Source: a virus
Virus record (IMG/VR): IMGVR_UViG_3300025150_000003
Span: 1 to 64,000 of that record
Direction: 5' to 3' (one strand)
Length of the DNA: 64,000 nucleotides
The position numbers and the translations under genes were made by a program. The notes beneath the pieces were generated by a model. It was not told where the DNA came from, made no database searches, and saw only the letters and a list, made by a program, of their open reading frames with translations. Positions within the stretch are counted from its first letter, which is position 1, and each line of letters starts with the position of its first letter. This document shows, one piece after another, positions 46,556 to 55,987 of this stretch.

Positions 46556-48052
46556 CTAGTTGGCAGCCTCTTCGAGCTTCTTCAACTCGGCTTCCCACCG
46601 CGTGGGTCGCTTGCCGAAGATGCCGATGTAGAACAGGTCACCCAGGGAGGGGTTGAAAGTCCGTGGGATGTAGCCCCCTTCACTGTTGGGGTCTACGCGC
46701 TGCTGCGGGAAGGCTCTGAAATAGTAGCCCTTCGCCCCGACCGAAGCCTGGACGACGTAACCGGTGTAGTAGTTGGCCGCCCGCTTCTCAGTCTTGCCAC
46801 CCCCGGCCCTGTAGGCATCCACAACAATCAGGGCATCAGGGGTGGGCTTGCCACCGGCGTTGTAGATGATCTCGACCTTGCTGGAACCCTGCACCGTGTA
46901 GGGGGCGGTGTACTTATAGATACCAACACCGCGAGCGCTCTGTGCTCCAGGGAACCGCACTGGAGCAGGCTCACCCTTGAACGCGATAAGTACATCCACG
47001 GCTTCGGCGTCAGTGATTGTCCCGAGTTTCCCGTTGAACTTCTCGTACATCGCCTTGTCGAACTTGGGCGACTTGTGCTTGCTTACATCAATCTTGACCG
47101 CGTCACCCTTCCAGAATCGAGCCCCACCACGCTTGGGCTTCGGGTCTTCGGTCTTGATGCCCAGAGTTCGGCTGACGACAGCCTCAACCTCCTTGGGGTG
47201 CATCGGAGACTGAGTGCTCAGTGCCCAACGCACGAAATCCTCGGTCTCCGGCTTGACCGCGACCTTCGTGGCTGAAGCCGTCTTGCCACCCTTGGCCAGG
47301 TAGGCCAGTGCATCATCGACCGAACCATACATCGTTGCATGACCGGTGTCGGCGTCGTCGAGCTTGCCCTTCTCCGACTTCGGGAAGAAGGCAGCGATCA
47401 TCTTGGCCTTCGCCCCGATACCCTTGAACACCTGGGACGGGAAGGTGTCGGTCTTGGTCTTGGACCCAGGCTTCACGAACCCGATCTGAGTGTCCCCCTT
47501 CTTCAAGAGGTAGGCCGTCTTGGACCCGATCTTAATGTTCTCGACCTCAAAGCCAGCCGGAGCCTTGACCGCAACCTTCGTGGCCGAAGCCTTCTTGCCG
47601 TCCTTCTCGTCTTCCTTGCCCTTGAACTTGTCGAGCAAGTCCTTGGGCATCTTGTCTCCAGCCAGCTTGGCGATGACAGGAAGCAACGTGGAGCGCTGAT
47701 CGGGGTTCTGGAACGCCTTGCGGATGAGCTTGCTCCGCAGGGTCTTCTTCGTCTCGGCGGCGGTCTTGCCCTTCAGGAGCTTGGGGTTGGACCAAGCTTT
47801 GTCCTTCCGCATCCTCTGGACTTCCTTTTCCCACTCCTCGTTGGAGGCAGCGTTCCAGCCATCCATGTAGGCCACCACCGCATGGCCAATAGCCTCTTCA
47901 CTCTCCCAGGTCTGGGAGGAGAGCCAAGACATGAACGCCTTGTCTGTCTTGGCCCCATCCAAAGGACGTCCATCCTTGAAGGCCTTGCGACCCAAGGACG
48001 TAGCCTTCGGGTTTGGGGTCGAGCTACGGAAAGCGGCGGTCTTGGTGGTCAT
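46556..48052 (-). CDS. Lys-rich modular protein, possibly virion-internal
   Basis: KTAA and K(K/T)ASATKVAVK linkers; class II motif upstream. Confidence 0.75.
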   Translation of the reverse strand: MTTKTAAFRSSTPNPKATSLGRKAFKDGRPLDGAKTDKAFMSWLSSQTWESEEAIGHAVVAYMDGWNAASNEEWEKEVQRMRKDKAWSNPKLLKGKTAAETKKTLRSKLIRKAFQNPDQRSTLLPVIAKLAGDKMPKDLLDKFKGKEDEKDGKKASATKVAVKAPAGFEVENIKIGSKTAYLLKKGDTQIGFVKPGSKTKTDTFPSQVFKGIGAKAKMIAAFFPKSEKGKLDDADTGHATMYGSVDDALAYLAKGGKTASATKVAVKPETEDFVRWALSTQSPMHPKEVEAVVSRTLGIKTEDPKPKRGGARFWKGDAVKIDVSKHKSPKFDKAMYEKFNGKLGTITDAEAVDVLIAFKGEPAPVRFPGAQSARGVGIYKYTAPYTVQGSSKVEIIYNAGGKPTPDALIVVDAYRAGGGKTEKRAANYYTGYVVQASVGAKGYYFRAFPQQRVDPNSEGGYIPRTFNPSLGDLFYIGIFGKRPTRWEAELKKLEEAAN

Positions 48053-48077
48053 CGTGGCGTCTCCACAAGGGGAAGGT

Positions 48078-48108
48078 CTACTGATTCCTCCGTATAGGCT
48101 ACCTAACG
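48078..48108 (-). promoter_or_regulatory. Class II promoter-like motif
   Basis: CGTT-N7-CTAT-N12-GTAG. Confidence 0.55.
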
Positions 48109-48111
48109 ACC

Positions 48112-48345
48112 TCAGTACCCGTCCTTGTACCAGCCCCCACCCTTGAGCAAGAACGTCCCCCGGCTCATGACCTTCTGGGTCTCCCCACCACAGGTCATCG
48201 GTTCGACCGTGACCTCACTAGACCCGAACTTCTGAGAGGTGATTTCCCCCGTCTGATGGTCACAGGGAGGATTGGGGTCCTTCATCCCCATCATCTTGTC
48301 GAACTTGTGCCCGCACTTCTTGCAAACGTATTCGTAGATGGGCAT
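48112..48345 (-). CDS. FmdB-family zinc-ribbon protein
   Basis: MPIYEYVCKKCG...FLLKGGGWYKDGY. Confidence 0.9.
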   Translation of the reverse strand: MPIYEYVCKKCGHKFDKMMGMKDPNPPCDHQTGEITSQKFGSSEVTVEPMTCGGETQKVMSRGTFLLKGGGWYKDGY

Positions 48346-48349
48346 TGCC

Positions 48350-48640
48350 TCAGTCCTCCAGACCTAGATGCTGCCGACGGATGGCCAGCATCTCTTCGTT
48401 CTCTACCTCGGTGTGGCGCTCCACCCGAGCACCAATGAGAGGTCCCTCGATCATCTCCGCGATGCTCAACGCCTCCCCCGCTGTGCCCACCATCTTCCAG
48501 ATGGTCAGAGTCCCATCGTGACTCAACCCAGGTCCGAGCTTGCCATTCACTCGAATGTCGAAGGGCTCCCCGCCTCGGATGATGAGCGTCCAGACGAGTC
48601 TCAGATCAGCCGGGATACCATCGTCGCTGCTTGCCGCCAT
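48350..48640 (-). CDS. Hypothetical protein
   Basis: ORF in operon; start uncertain. Confidence 0.5.
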   Translation of the reverse strand: MAASSDDGIPADLRLVWTLIIRGGEPFDIRVNGKLGPGLSHDGTLTIWKMVGTAGEALSIAEMIEGPLIGARVERHTEVENEEMLAIRRQHLGLED

Positions 48641-48912
48641 CGTTTCATGTCCTCTGCTTGTGCACTGCTGGAACCACTCCATCCTGTGAACACCACCTGG
48701 AAAGGCTCCGCAGGGAACACCTCATCCGAGGACAGGGCCACCGACAATCGCCCTGAGTCCATCACCAGGGTTCGGCCACCAAAAGGATGACCACTGGACA
48801 GGGCGGAGAGACACTTGAGTCCCTCTTTGGCCTGTTCCGTTGGCACTACTACCACCACCCACAGGTTCTTGACTCTGGCATAGTCCCGGGCAGCGATAAA
48901 GTCCGCGATCAT
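48601..48912 (-). CDS. Hypothetical protein
   Basis: ATGA coupling. Confidence 0.65.
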   Translation of the reverse strand: MIADFIAARDYARVKNLWVVVVVPTEQAKEGLKCLSALSSGHPFGGRTLVMDSGRLSVALSSDEVFPAEPFQVVFTGWSGSSSAQAEDMKRWRQAATMVSRLI

Positions 48913-49985
48913 AGGGTCACCCCAAGGGCTGGGTCCACGCCAAGAATTCGCCCGGCCCAACCCACCGATCGGATGTCCACGGTGTTCATCGCTACGACCT
49001 CCAGGATGACGTGCCCCCGCCTCTCACCAGACCGGCGGGTCAGCCCTTTTGCGATGGCCGTGGCTGCGACATCAATGAGGTTGAACGCCGACTGCACAGC
49101 ACCAGGACCGTCGATGCCCACCTTCCACTCATGAGCCGCCAGTACCGGATGGCTGGTCCCAGGGTCAAAAGGGCGGGTGCTGACATCGAAGCCCTCACTC
49201 CGGAGCTTCACCCCGACCAGCTCGGTGATGCCCTGTATGGCAGACCTTCGGCCCTGTGTTGTCGAGAGGAACTGCCAAGCTCCCTGTCGGCTCTCCTCTG
49301 GGCTCAGGGAGAGCAGCAAGGACCCCGAAGGGCGGGTGACCTTTACGGGGGCTGGAAGATGCCCCCGCCGGTATTCCGGCGCATCCGCCAGGTCGCTCTT
49401 GCCATTCAGCACTAGGTCACGACTTGCACGTTTGGCCAGAGCAGTCCCTGTACCCTCGACCATGTCAAGTAGTGCAGCATCCGCCACGAGATTCAGCCGC
49501 TCAGGCTCCTTGGCCGCCACCTTGGCCGCCATCTCATCAGATGCCTGACCAAGCATCCGACCCAGAGCCACCGGGTTCCGCACGTTGGTATCCACAGACA
49601 CGGCTGGCTTGACGCTTGAGGGCATCGGACCTGTCCGTAGCTCGGGGATGTCTCCGTCGTACTGGGCACGCTCAATGAGCCCCGCCTCCACCAGTGGATT
49701 CAGACGGGGGAGGCCCGTCTTCCGGTGCATGACCAGACCACCATGATCCAGAGGCTGTGCAGCATCCTCTGGGCGGAGAGGAGCCAGCGCTGCCATCGAG
49801 ATCTGCTGGAACCGGCGGGCCAGGCCCGGATTGCTCATCAGTACCTCGGACATCCCTCGCAGGGCGTCCTCATCAGTGATTGAGCCATTCTTGGCCTGGT
49901 CCAGAAGATCCCTCAGCTCCGGGAACTCCCCCGCGACCTGCTGAGCAAAGTCCTGAAGTACCTTGTTCGGATCCTGATCAATCAT
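48909..49985 (-). CDS. Hypothetical protein
   Basis: Long ORF in polymerase operon. Confidence 0.8.
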   Translation of the reverse strand: MIDQDPNKVLQDFAQQVAGEFPELRDLLDQAKNGSITDEDALRGMSEVLMSNPGLARRFQQISMAALAPLRPEDAAQPLDHGGLVMHRKTGLPRLNPLVEAGLIERAQYDGDIPELRTGPMPSSVKPAVSVDTNVRNPVALGRMLGQASDEMAAKVAAKEPERLNLVADAALLDMVEGTGTALAKRASRDLVLNGKSDLADAPEYRRGHLPAPVKVTRPSGSLLLSLSPEESRQGAWQFLSTTQGRRSAIQGITELVGVKLRSEGFDVSTRPFDPGTSHPVLAAHEWKVGIDGPGAVQSAFNLIDVAATAIAKGLTRRSGERRGHVILEVVAMNTVDIRSVGWAGRILGVDPALGVTL

Positions 49986-50640
49986 CGTCCACCTTTTTGC
50001 TGCCACCCAGCACGATGGTGGCACCGATTTGAACCACTCGCACCGTGGACTTCACGGGGGGAGCCCATGGATCACGTTCTGCCAGGGGTGGTTTCCTATC
50101 CGAGGCGGAAGGGAGTCCCCCTAACATCACCTCACCACGGTCCGGGGTGTTACCAGCTCGCGGCAGAACAACAGGTCCCTTTCGGGGGGGAGGGGTGAAA
50201 GGCACAGGAGGATCTTCGTCATCCTGTGCCTCAGAAAGGTCCTCCTCTTCGATGAGGTCTTCTTCCGGTTCGGAGGGTTGCCCATATTGCTGGACAGCCT
50301 CCTCGACCAGTTGGGTGGTGGTCTTTTCAGTGATCCTTCCGTTGGCGGAGGTGACATCAGGAACAGACCAATCCCCCCTCTGGGAACTGATCTCCATCTT
50401 GACGGCCTTCTCCAGAAGGTCCTGGAAGTTGAGACCCGCAATCTGAGCGTACTTCGGGATACCCAGGTCTGCTGAGGGCATCCCGAAGTAGTGTTCCCGC
50501 CAGGTGGCCTGACGACGACTCATGGGGTCTTTCGCCAGGTCACACTTCACCTGGGAGCACCGAGCACACCAGACGTCCTGAAACGACTTTGCGTCGGTCC
50601 TCAGATCCCCGGTGTTACAGGTGGCAAGGTAATCACTCAT
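49978..50640 (-). CDS. Hypothetical protein with CxxC
   Basis: WCARC...C; GAGGA RBS. Confidence 0.75.
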   Translation of the reverse strand: MSDYLATCNTGDLRTDAKSFQDVWCARCSQVKCDLAKDPMSRRQATWREHYFGMPSADLGIPKYAQIAGLNFQDLLEKAVKMEISSQRGDWSVPDVTSANGRITEKTTTQLVEEAVQQYGQPSEPEEDLIEEEDLSEAQDDEDPPVPFTPPPRKGPVVLPRAGNTPDRGEVMLGGLPSASDRKPPLAERDPWAPPVKSTVRVVQIGATIVLGGSKKVDDD

Positions 50641-51040
50641 CTTCCTCGCGCTTTGTCCAAGCGGCGGGTTCATGGGATCCCGCCGTCCCCGGCCGGCGGA
50701 AAATGTTGGCCATGTGGCGGTTACGAGGAGACGCCTCCCCCTGGGCCGAATCTACAACAGGCGTCTCGGTCCCATCAGGCGCCAGCAAGTAGGGTCCCCG
50801 AGTCTTCCAGACCACCTTGCGACGATGTGGGCAACTCAGACAGGGAGTCTCCGCCATGTCAAGCTGGCCACAGATCTTGGTCCAGAGATTCAGCCGGTTG
50901 TACTGTGCCTGATCGATGGCAGCATTGGCTCGAAGGTTCTCTGCATCCTCACCCGCCCCCGGCGGGGGAAAGGTTTTCCAGTGGACGCAGATGTACGTCT
51001 CTTTGCTGTTGCCTTCACCGACGACTTTAAGCGACCTCAT
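50633..51040 (-). CDS. Hypothetical Cys-containing protein
   Basis: 135-aa ORF; CLSCPH. Confidence 0.7.
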   Translation of the reverse strand: MRSLKVVGEGNSKETYICVHWKTFPPPGAGEDAENLRANAAIDQAQYNRLNLWTKICGQLDMAETPCLSCPHRRKVVWKTRGPYLLAPDGTETPVVDSAQGEASPRNRHMANIFRRPGTAGSHEPAAWTKREEDE

Positions 51041-51081
51041 TCTGTACCACCTCGTTGGAGCGACAGCCTATCCTACCCACT

Positions 51082-54000
51082 TCATAGCTTCGCGTCGTGT
51101 GCCAGATAGTAGAACTGCTGATCGTTCACCAGGCAATCCCCATTTCCGGTCCACCAACCGTCCAGCACTGTACCGTCCGGCAGGAGGAGACGGAGCTTCC
51201 GCGTGCCTTTGTTTTTGCAGGCACGGATGACCACCGCCAGTTTGTGCAAGGTGGGCACCGTCAGCGGTGCGTGCAGGACAAAGTCGTAATACCCTCCGGA
51301 GTTGAGCCCCTTGGGGGGTGTGAACTCCGAAACCTGAGGCTCCGGTACGAGGGTGAGCAGTGGGGCCTTCACCACAACCGTGGCTTTATCCTCAGCGGCT
51401 ACTGGTGCCTCCACCTCGGACGAGACCGGCGGGACTGCCCGCTCAGGGGCATCTGAGTAGGTCGTCACGGTTCCTCCCGTTGCGCTTCCCAGGTTCTTGA
51501 ATACCTTGCGCAGTGTCTCGGGGAAACTATGAGGCATGGCCTCCCACTCCGCCTTCTTCTGGGCATGGGCAGCGACGGCATCACTGAATGCCGAGGGAGA
51601 ATCGAAGTCCTTGCGGTCAGGGCTACGTGGCTCCTTGACCTTCTTGTCACCATCGAACCGCACCTCTCGAAACTGCATTGCGTTAAGGTCCCAGGAGACG
51701 GTCCAGTCGCGACCGATCTCACAGTCCGTCGTCAGCGGAACTGGCCACCGTTGGGACAGGATGAACGGGTTGCTGGTCATGATCGGAACGATCTCAGCGA
51801 TCGCTTGTTCGAGGATGCTCTCGTGAACCTCGAACACCAACTCGTCGTGCATCGACGCGATGAGCCGGCAGGTATCAAGCCAGCCCCTCTTCTTGCAGTG
51901 CTTGTAGACCAGAGCCATCGCGATCTTGATCACGTCAGCGCCTGATCCCTGAATGGGACCGTTGACCGAGTTGCGCTCCGCCTTGGACCGGAAACCACCA
52001 TCCGCCGAATGGATGTCGGGGACGGGATAGATTCGACCGAGTGCAGTCGTCACAAACCCATGTTGATGAGCAAAGCGATGTTGTCCTGCCCACCAGTTCT
52101 TCAGCCCGGTGTACGTCCCATCGAACTGGTTCTTGATTCGCCACCCTTCGTTTTTGTCCACCGAACAGGCTCGGACGACCGCATTACCACCGCCACCGTA
52201 GCAAAGGGCGAAGTTCACACCCTTTGCGTTGCCTCGAAGCTGTTTCCACTCAGGCCGACGCATCGCGTCATCCCCATAGATGGACAGAGCCGTCAGAGTG
52301 TGAAGGTCACCAATCTTGTCGGAGCCACAGTTGGGGCAGCGGGCGGGCGGGGCCTTGGGCGTCACACTCCCATCCCCTCGGGAGAACGAACGACCACATC
52401 CACTACACCGGAAGAACTCTTCCAGCCACTTGGGCTCGCGGGACAGGTTGGTGACGAGTCTCAACTCCTCGCCGCTGAAGTCGATGGCGACGAGGAAGTG
52501 CTCCGGCCGAGCCACGACACACTCGCGAAGTCGAGTCATGCAGGCGGGGCGGCGAGGGTCATAGGTGGCGGGCATCGACTGGAGATTGATCTCGGGCCAG
52601 CCTGGGATCCGTTTCGTCTTGACCGTGGACAGCTCTCGCTCGCGGGCGGGCGTGGAAAACCGTCCGGTATTCACCTTGTGAGCGTTGAAATTGATCCGCA
52701 TCGTGAAATCGTTGGGATCTACGTCTTCGAGCATCGGAAACAGGTAGCCGGACAGAGCCTTGTTGGTCTCTCGGAACCGGCGGATCTTGGCCATGAATGG
52801 AAAACGGTCGGCGGCGTTCTCGATGATCTGTTCGAGCACGTCCTTAGCCGTCTTGACCTGCCATTTCCCCTTGTCGGCGTTCTCCTGGGACTTCTCGGTG
52901 AAAACCAGGCCAGGGACCTGCATCTCCTGGAACATCTGACCCAACTGCTTGGGGGCATTCACGTCGTAGATGATCGGCCACTTCAAGCCATCGGACTCAG
53001 CGAGACCCACAGGGTTGGGGAAGAAGCGGTCCTGGAACGATTTGGCTCGTGTCACCTGCTCCGCCAGCAGGTTCAGCGGGTCATCCGCCACGAACCCACC
53101 TTCGTCGGGACCTGGCCGGTTGTTCTTCAGCACCTTGTAGTAACCGGGCATCACGTCCCGGCCCAGGATCTCACTGGCCGCCGCATAGACATCCATGATC
53201 GAATCGAACCACTCTTGCTGGCCGAGCTGGATCAACTCCATGACCACCTTGGGGCTCGTCGGGATGAGGTTGCGCTCCATCCAGCGAATGGCCGTCACGC
53301 AACCCTTCTCGATGCGATAGATCTGCTGCTGGCTGAATCCGTGATCGGGTGTCAGTACGGCTGGCAGGAGCAGATCACAGAGGAGCCAGGTGCAGATCGC
53401 ATCCGAGCACCCGTAGATCCGGGGTCCCTTCTCCGAAGGGTCAAGAAGTGAGAAGTCCAGTTGGTGCTTGGGATGATCCTCGGGGAACAACTCCTCCAGC
53501 TCCAGCATCTTCATCCCGAGCCCTGGGCCTCCACAGACATGCGTCTGATCTGCATCGGTTGGGGCCTCCGAGAGGGACTTGAGCCCCTTACGCCGAGACC
53601 GGCTGAACCGGAGGTACGCCAGAATGAGGGTGTCTTCCCAGCGTTTCGTATTGTCCCACTTGCCGTAGGGCTCCCCACCGTGGAACTCCAAGAACTCCTG
53701 GTCGAACTTGGCGTTGTGAAACACGCCGACAACCTGGTCATTGTCCACCGCATCCATCAGGCGGCGGAACTCCCGGTCGAACAGGCTCCATGGGATGTTG
53801 TGTTGTGCCCCTTTCTGGTGAGCAATCGGGATGTACCATCCCGTGATCCCATCCCCGGACAGGCAGACCCCGACGATCTTGTCCTTGGTGGACTTCGTTA
53901 CTGGATCAACCCGGTTGTCAATGCCCGTGGTCTCAAGGTCAATCGCCACTCGGCCGTGCTTGGCGTTGATGCAGGCGTCGATGCACTCTGTGATGTTCTC

Positions 54001-54096
54001 GGGGGTTACAAGAATGAAGTTGAAATCACCTGATTCCATCCACTCTTGATACTTGATCACCCTCCGGGTATCGAACAGCTCGAACAGATCCATCAC
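51082..54096 (-). CDS. polA: DNA polymerase family A (3'-5' exonuclease plus polymerase)
   Basis: DLETTG, HNAKFD, TGRFS, DFSGEELR (A), RGNAKGVNFALCYG (B), HDEL (C). Confidence 0.97.
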   Translation of the reverse strand: MMDLFELFDTRRVIKYQEWMESGDFNFILVTPENITECIDACINAKHGRVAIDLETTGIDNRVDPVTKSTKDKIVGVCLSGDGITGWYIPIAHQKGAQHNIPWSLFDREFRRLMDAVDNDQVVGVFHNAKFDQEFLEFHGGEPYGKWDNTKRWEDTLILAYLRFSRSRRKGLKSLSEAPTDADQTHVCGGPGLGMKMLELEELFPEDHPKHQLDFSLLDPSEKGPRIYGCSDAICTWLLCDLLLPAVLTPDHGFSQQQIYRIEKGCVTAIRWMERNLIPTSPKVVMELIQLGQQEWFDSIMDVYAAASEILGRDVMPGYYKVLKNNRPGPDEGGFVADDPLNLLAEQVTRAKSFQDRFFPNPVGLAESDGLKWPIIYDVNAPKQLGQMFQEMQVPGLVFTEKSQENADKGKWQVKTAKDVLEQIIENAADRFPFMAKIRRFRETNKALSGYLFPMLEDVDPNDFTMRINFNAHKVNTGRFSTPARERELSTVKTKRIPGWPEINLQSMPATYDPRRPACMTRLRECVVARPEHFLVAIDFSGEELRLVTNLSREPKWLEEFFRCSGCGRSFSRGDGSVTPKAPPARCPNCGSDKIGDLHTLTALSIYGDDAMRRPEWKQLRGNAKGVNFALCYGGGGNAVVRACSVDKNEGWRIKNQFDGTYTGLKNWWAGQHRFAHQHGFVTTALGRIYPVPDIHSADGGFRSKAERNSVNGPIQGSGADVIKIAMALVYKHCKKRGWLDTCRLIASMHDELVFEVHESILEQAIAEIVPIMTSNPFILSQRWPVPLTTDCEIGRDWTVSWDLNAMQFREVRFDGDKKVKEPRSPDRKDFDSPSAFSDAVAAHAQKKAEWEAMPHSFPETLRKVFKNLGSATGGTVTTYSDAPERAVPPVSSEVEAPVAAEDKATVVVKAPLLTLVPEPQVSEFTPPKGLNSGGYYDFVLHAPLTVPTLHKLAVVIRACKNKGTRKLRLLLPDGTVLDGWWTGNGDCLVNDQQFYYLAHDAKL

Positions 54097-54119
54097 CCCT
54101 CCGTTGGTCTTGGTCTATT

Positions 54120-54599
54120 CTACCTACCCCGACCGATGACGAACTCGGCCCCCTCGACAACCACGACGTACTGGCCCTCGACCCAGGCCAATGTTACGAG
54201 AGCCATTGCTCGCCGGGCTTCCTGCACCCCTTCCGGGGACCAACACTCCGGCAGTTTCTTGCACCGGGGATGGCACCGCTTCGGGTCGTGCATCACACAC
54301 GAGTTGGCGAGGCTGCACACGTTGTGGGGATCAGGGATGTGTAGGAGTTGGTGCTGAGGCTCTGGCCCCAAGGACTCCGCCAACGGTCTCATCCACCCGT
54401 GAAGAGCGTGACTCATGGCCTCACCGGTCACGATGGGGATGAGGGTGGCAAACTCAGGTACAAGACGCAAAGGAGCCAGCTCCCCCCAGGGGTCGATGAT
54501 GAGGTCTTCACCGACTCTCACCTCAGAGGGGACGGGGCGTAGGATGCGAACGACCCCACCCAGTGAGCCCAAGTCGAGGCTGAACTGCTGGAGTCTCAC
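54120..54599 (-). CDS. Hypothetical Cys-rich protein
   Basis: GTGA coupling; C....C......C...C....C. Confidence 0.7.
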   Translation of the reverse strand: MRLQQFSLDLGSLGGVVRILRPVPSEVRVGEDLIIDPWGELAPLRLVPEFATLIPIVTGEAMSHALHGWMRPLAESLGPEPQHQLLHIPDPHNVCSLANSCVMHDPKRCHPRCKKLPECWSPEGVQEARRAMALVTLAWVEGQYVVVVEGAEFVIGRGR

Positions 54600-55222
54600 T
54601 CCAACTCCGCCTGAAGATCCTTGAGAATGTCGAGGATACGTTCTCGCAGAGCTGCAAGAACCTGACGGCCCTTCGCCTCATGCCAGACGCCACCATCCCC
54701 GTGAGGACCACGGACGTGATAGAAGGCCTTGTCGAAGGCTTCCCAGAAGCTCAGGAGCCGTTCCAAAGGAAGCTCCCTATCCGTGGTCAGGCCATCGAGG
54801 AGAGCTTTCACCCGTTTGACCTCATCGTCAAACGTCACCCGCTGGTCGAGTTGCTCCTGCATCTCGTGCAGGGCGGTCTCCCCCCTCTCGTCAGCCCCAT
54901 AGTCTACAGGGAGGGGGTCCAGCCCATTGGACTGCTCCAGAATCTTGACGGCTTGCCAGAACCCGATGCCCTGCTTGGTCCGCAGAGTCTCGATGGCATC
55001 ACGGGTGATACCACAAGCGAAGCAGTACCAGGTGTTGCTATCAGGATAGACGCGGGCCGAAGGCTTGTTGTCATGACCGGTGCCGTGGAGGTCACACCGG
55101 AACTGCTGTTCACGGTCCCCACCATCCTCCCGGACATCATAGCCTAGAGCGGCCAGCACCTGGATGATGGGAACCTTCTCACGGATACGTTCAACGGATG
55201 CACGGGCTCTGTTGTTGCTCAT
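54596..55222 (-). CDS. CHC2 zinc-finger protein (DnaG N-terminal-like), no TOPRIM
   Basis: CDLH...D.KPS...WYCFACG...DAI. Confidence 0.85.
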   Translation of the reverse strand: MSNNRARASVERIREKVPIIQVLAALGYDVREDGGDREQQFRCDLHGTGHDNKPSARVYPDSNTWYCFACGITRDAIETLRTKQGIGFWQAVKILEQSNGLDPLPVDYGADERGETALHEMQEQLDQRVTFDDEVKRVKALLDGLTTDRELPLERLLSFWEAFDKAFYHVRGPHGDGGVWHEAKGRQVLAALRERILDILKDLQAELE

Positions 55223-55260
55223 GCTCCGTTCTACCCGAGCCAGGCTCGGGAGGACCTACC

Positions 55261-55315
55261 TTGTTCACGCGCAACCCTTGTTCACGCGGCGTGAACAGGC
55301 TCAAATCGTGAACAA
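55261..55315. promoter_or_regulatory. Four TGTTCACG boxes (2 direct, 2 inverted), operator-like
   Basis: TTGTTCACGCG at 55261 and 55278; CGTGAACA at 55290 and 55307. Confidence 0.6.
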
Positions 55316-55699
55316 CTACTTGTGGGGATCCCAACCCTTCTCGGTGTACCACGACTGGAACTGGTTCAGGGCTTCCTGAAACAGAGCCACCTGGCGGTTC
55401 TTCCAGCCGCGACCCGTTCCCGCATCGCCCACCAGGACCAGGTGGCCCGTGGAGCTGTAGCTCTGACGTTCGTCACCCGACTTGAACCAGTAGACCTTGC
55501 GGCCATAGGTCCGGGCAACCCTGGGTCCCCAACCCGCGAACCCGCCAGGCTGGAGGCGGCGAGCAGTCAGCATCACCCCACCCTCGTCCGTGGCCAGAAA
55601 CTTGGTTTGGAGGACATCGTTGAGCCGAGAGACCACAGCCTCTCGGTTCTCCCGAGAGTCCACTTTGTCCGAGTTGGGGGCTCCGATCCAGAAGGTCAT
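55316..55699 (-). CDS. Hypothetical protein
   Basis: AGGAG RBS, class I motif upstream. Confidence 0.75.
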   Translation of the reverse strand: MTFWIGAPNSDKVDSRENREAVVSRLNDVLQTKFLATDEGGVMLTARRLQPGGFAGWGPRVARTYGRKVYWFKSGDERQSYSSTGHLVLVGDAGTGRGWKNRQVALFQEALNQFQSWYTEKGWDPHK

Positions 55700-55719
55700 C
55701 TCATCTCCTTGGTGCATCC

Positions 55720-55750
55720 CTACTACGGGGGAACCTACACAGTTGAGCCC
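55720..55750 (-). promoter_or_regulatory. Class I promoter-like motif
   Basis: Perfect consensus. Confidence 0.8.
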
Positions 55751-55798
55751 TCCGAGTAGATCCTTTCGAGGTCCTCGGAGGCTTTCTCCATGGCCTGC

Positions 55799-55987
55799 TT
55801 AGCCATAGCCCAGCGGTTGTGAGCGGCCACCCACCCACCCCGGAGTGGGGTATTTCCGGTAGTCCCTATCACACTCAGAGCGTTTCCGGCAAAACACCCA
55901 CTGGAGATGCTTGTGGCAGGCTGTGCGTGTAGCCTTGGCCTCTTGAAGAGCGACGTAGGCCGCCCCCACTCGTTCCAGGTAGTTCAC
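55799..55987 (-). CDS. Small hypothetical protein
   Basis: GTGA coupling. Confidence 0.45.
   Translation of the reverse strand: MNYLERVGAAYVALQEAKATRTACHKHLQWVFCRKRSECDRDYRKYPTPGWVGGRSQPLGYG

Noticed and set aside
52009-53451. Long antisense ORFs (also 13157-14332, 57146-58303, 5342-6286, 31188-32225)
   Set aside because: Shadow frames of GC3-biased real genes on the opposite strand; no motifs or RBS
51082-54096. Intein or intron in the DNA polymerase
   Set aside because: Continuous ORF; no intein terminal motifs or homing endonuclease block seen
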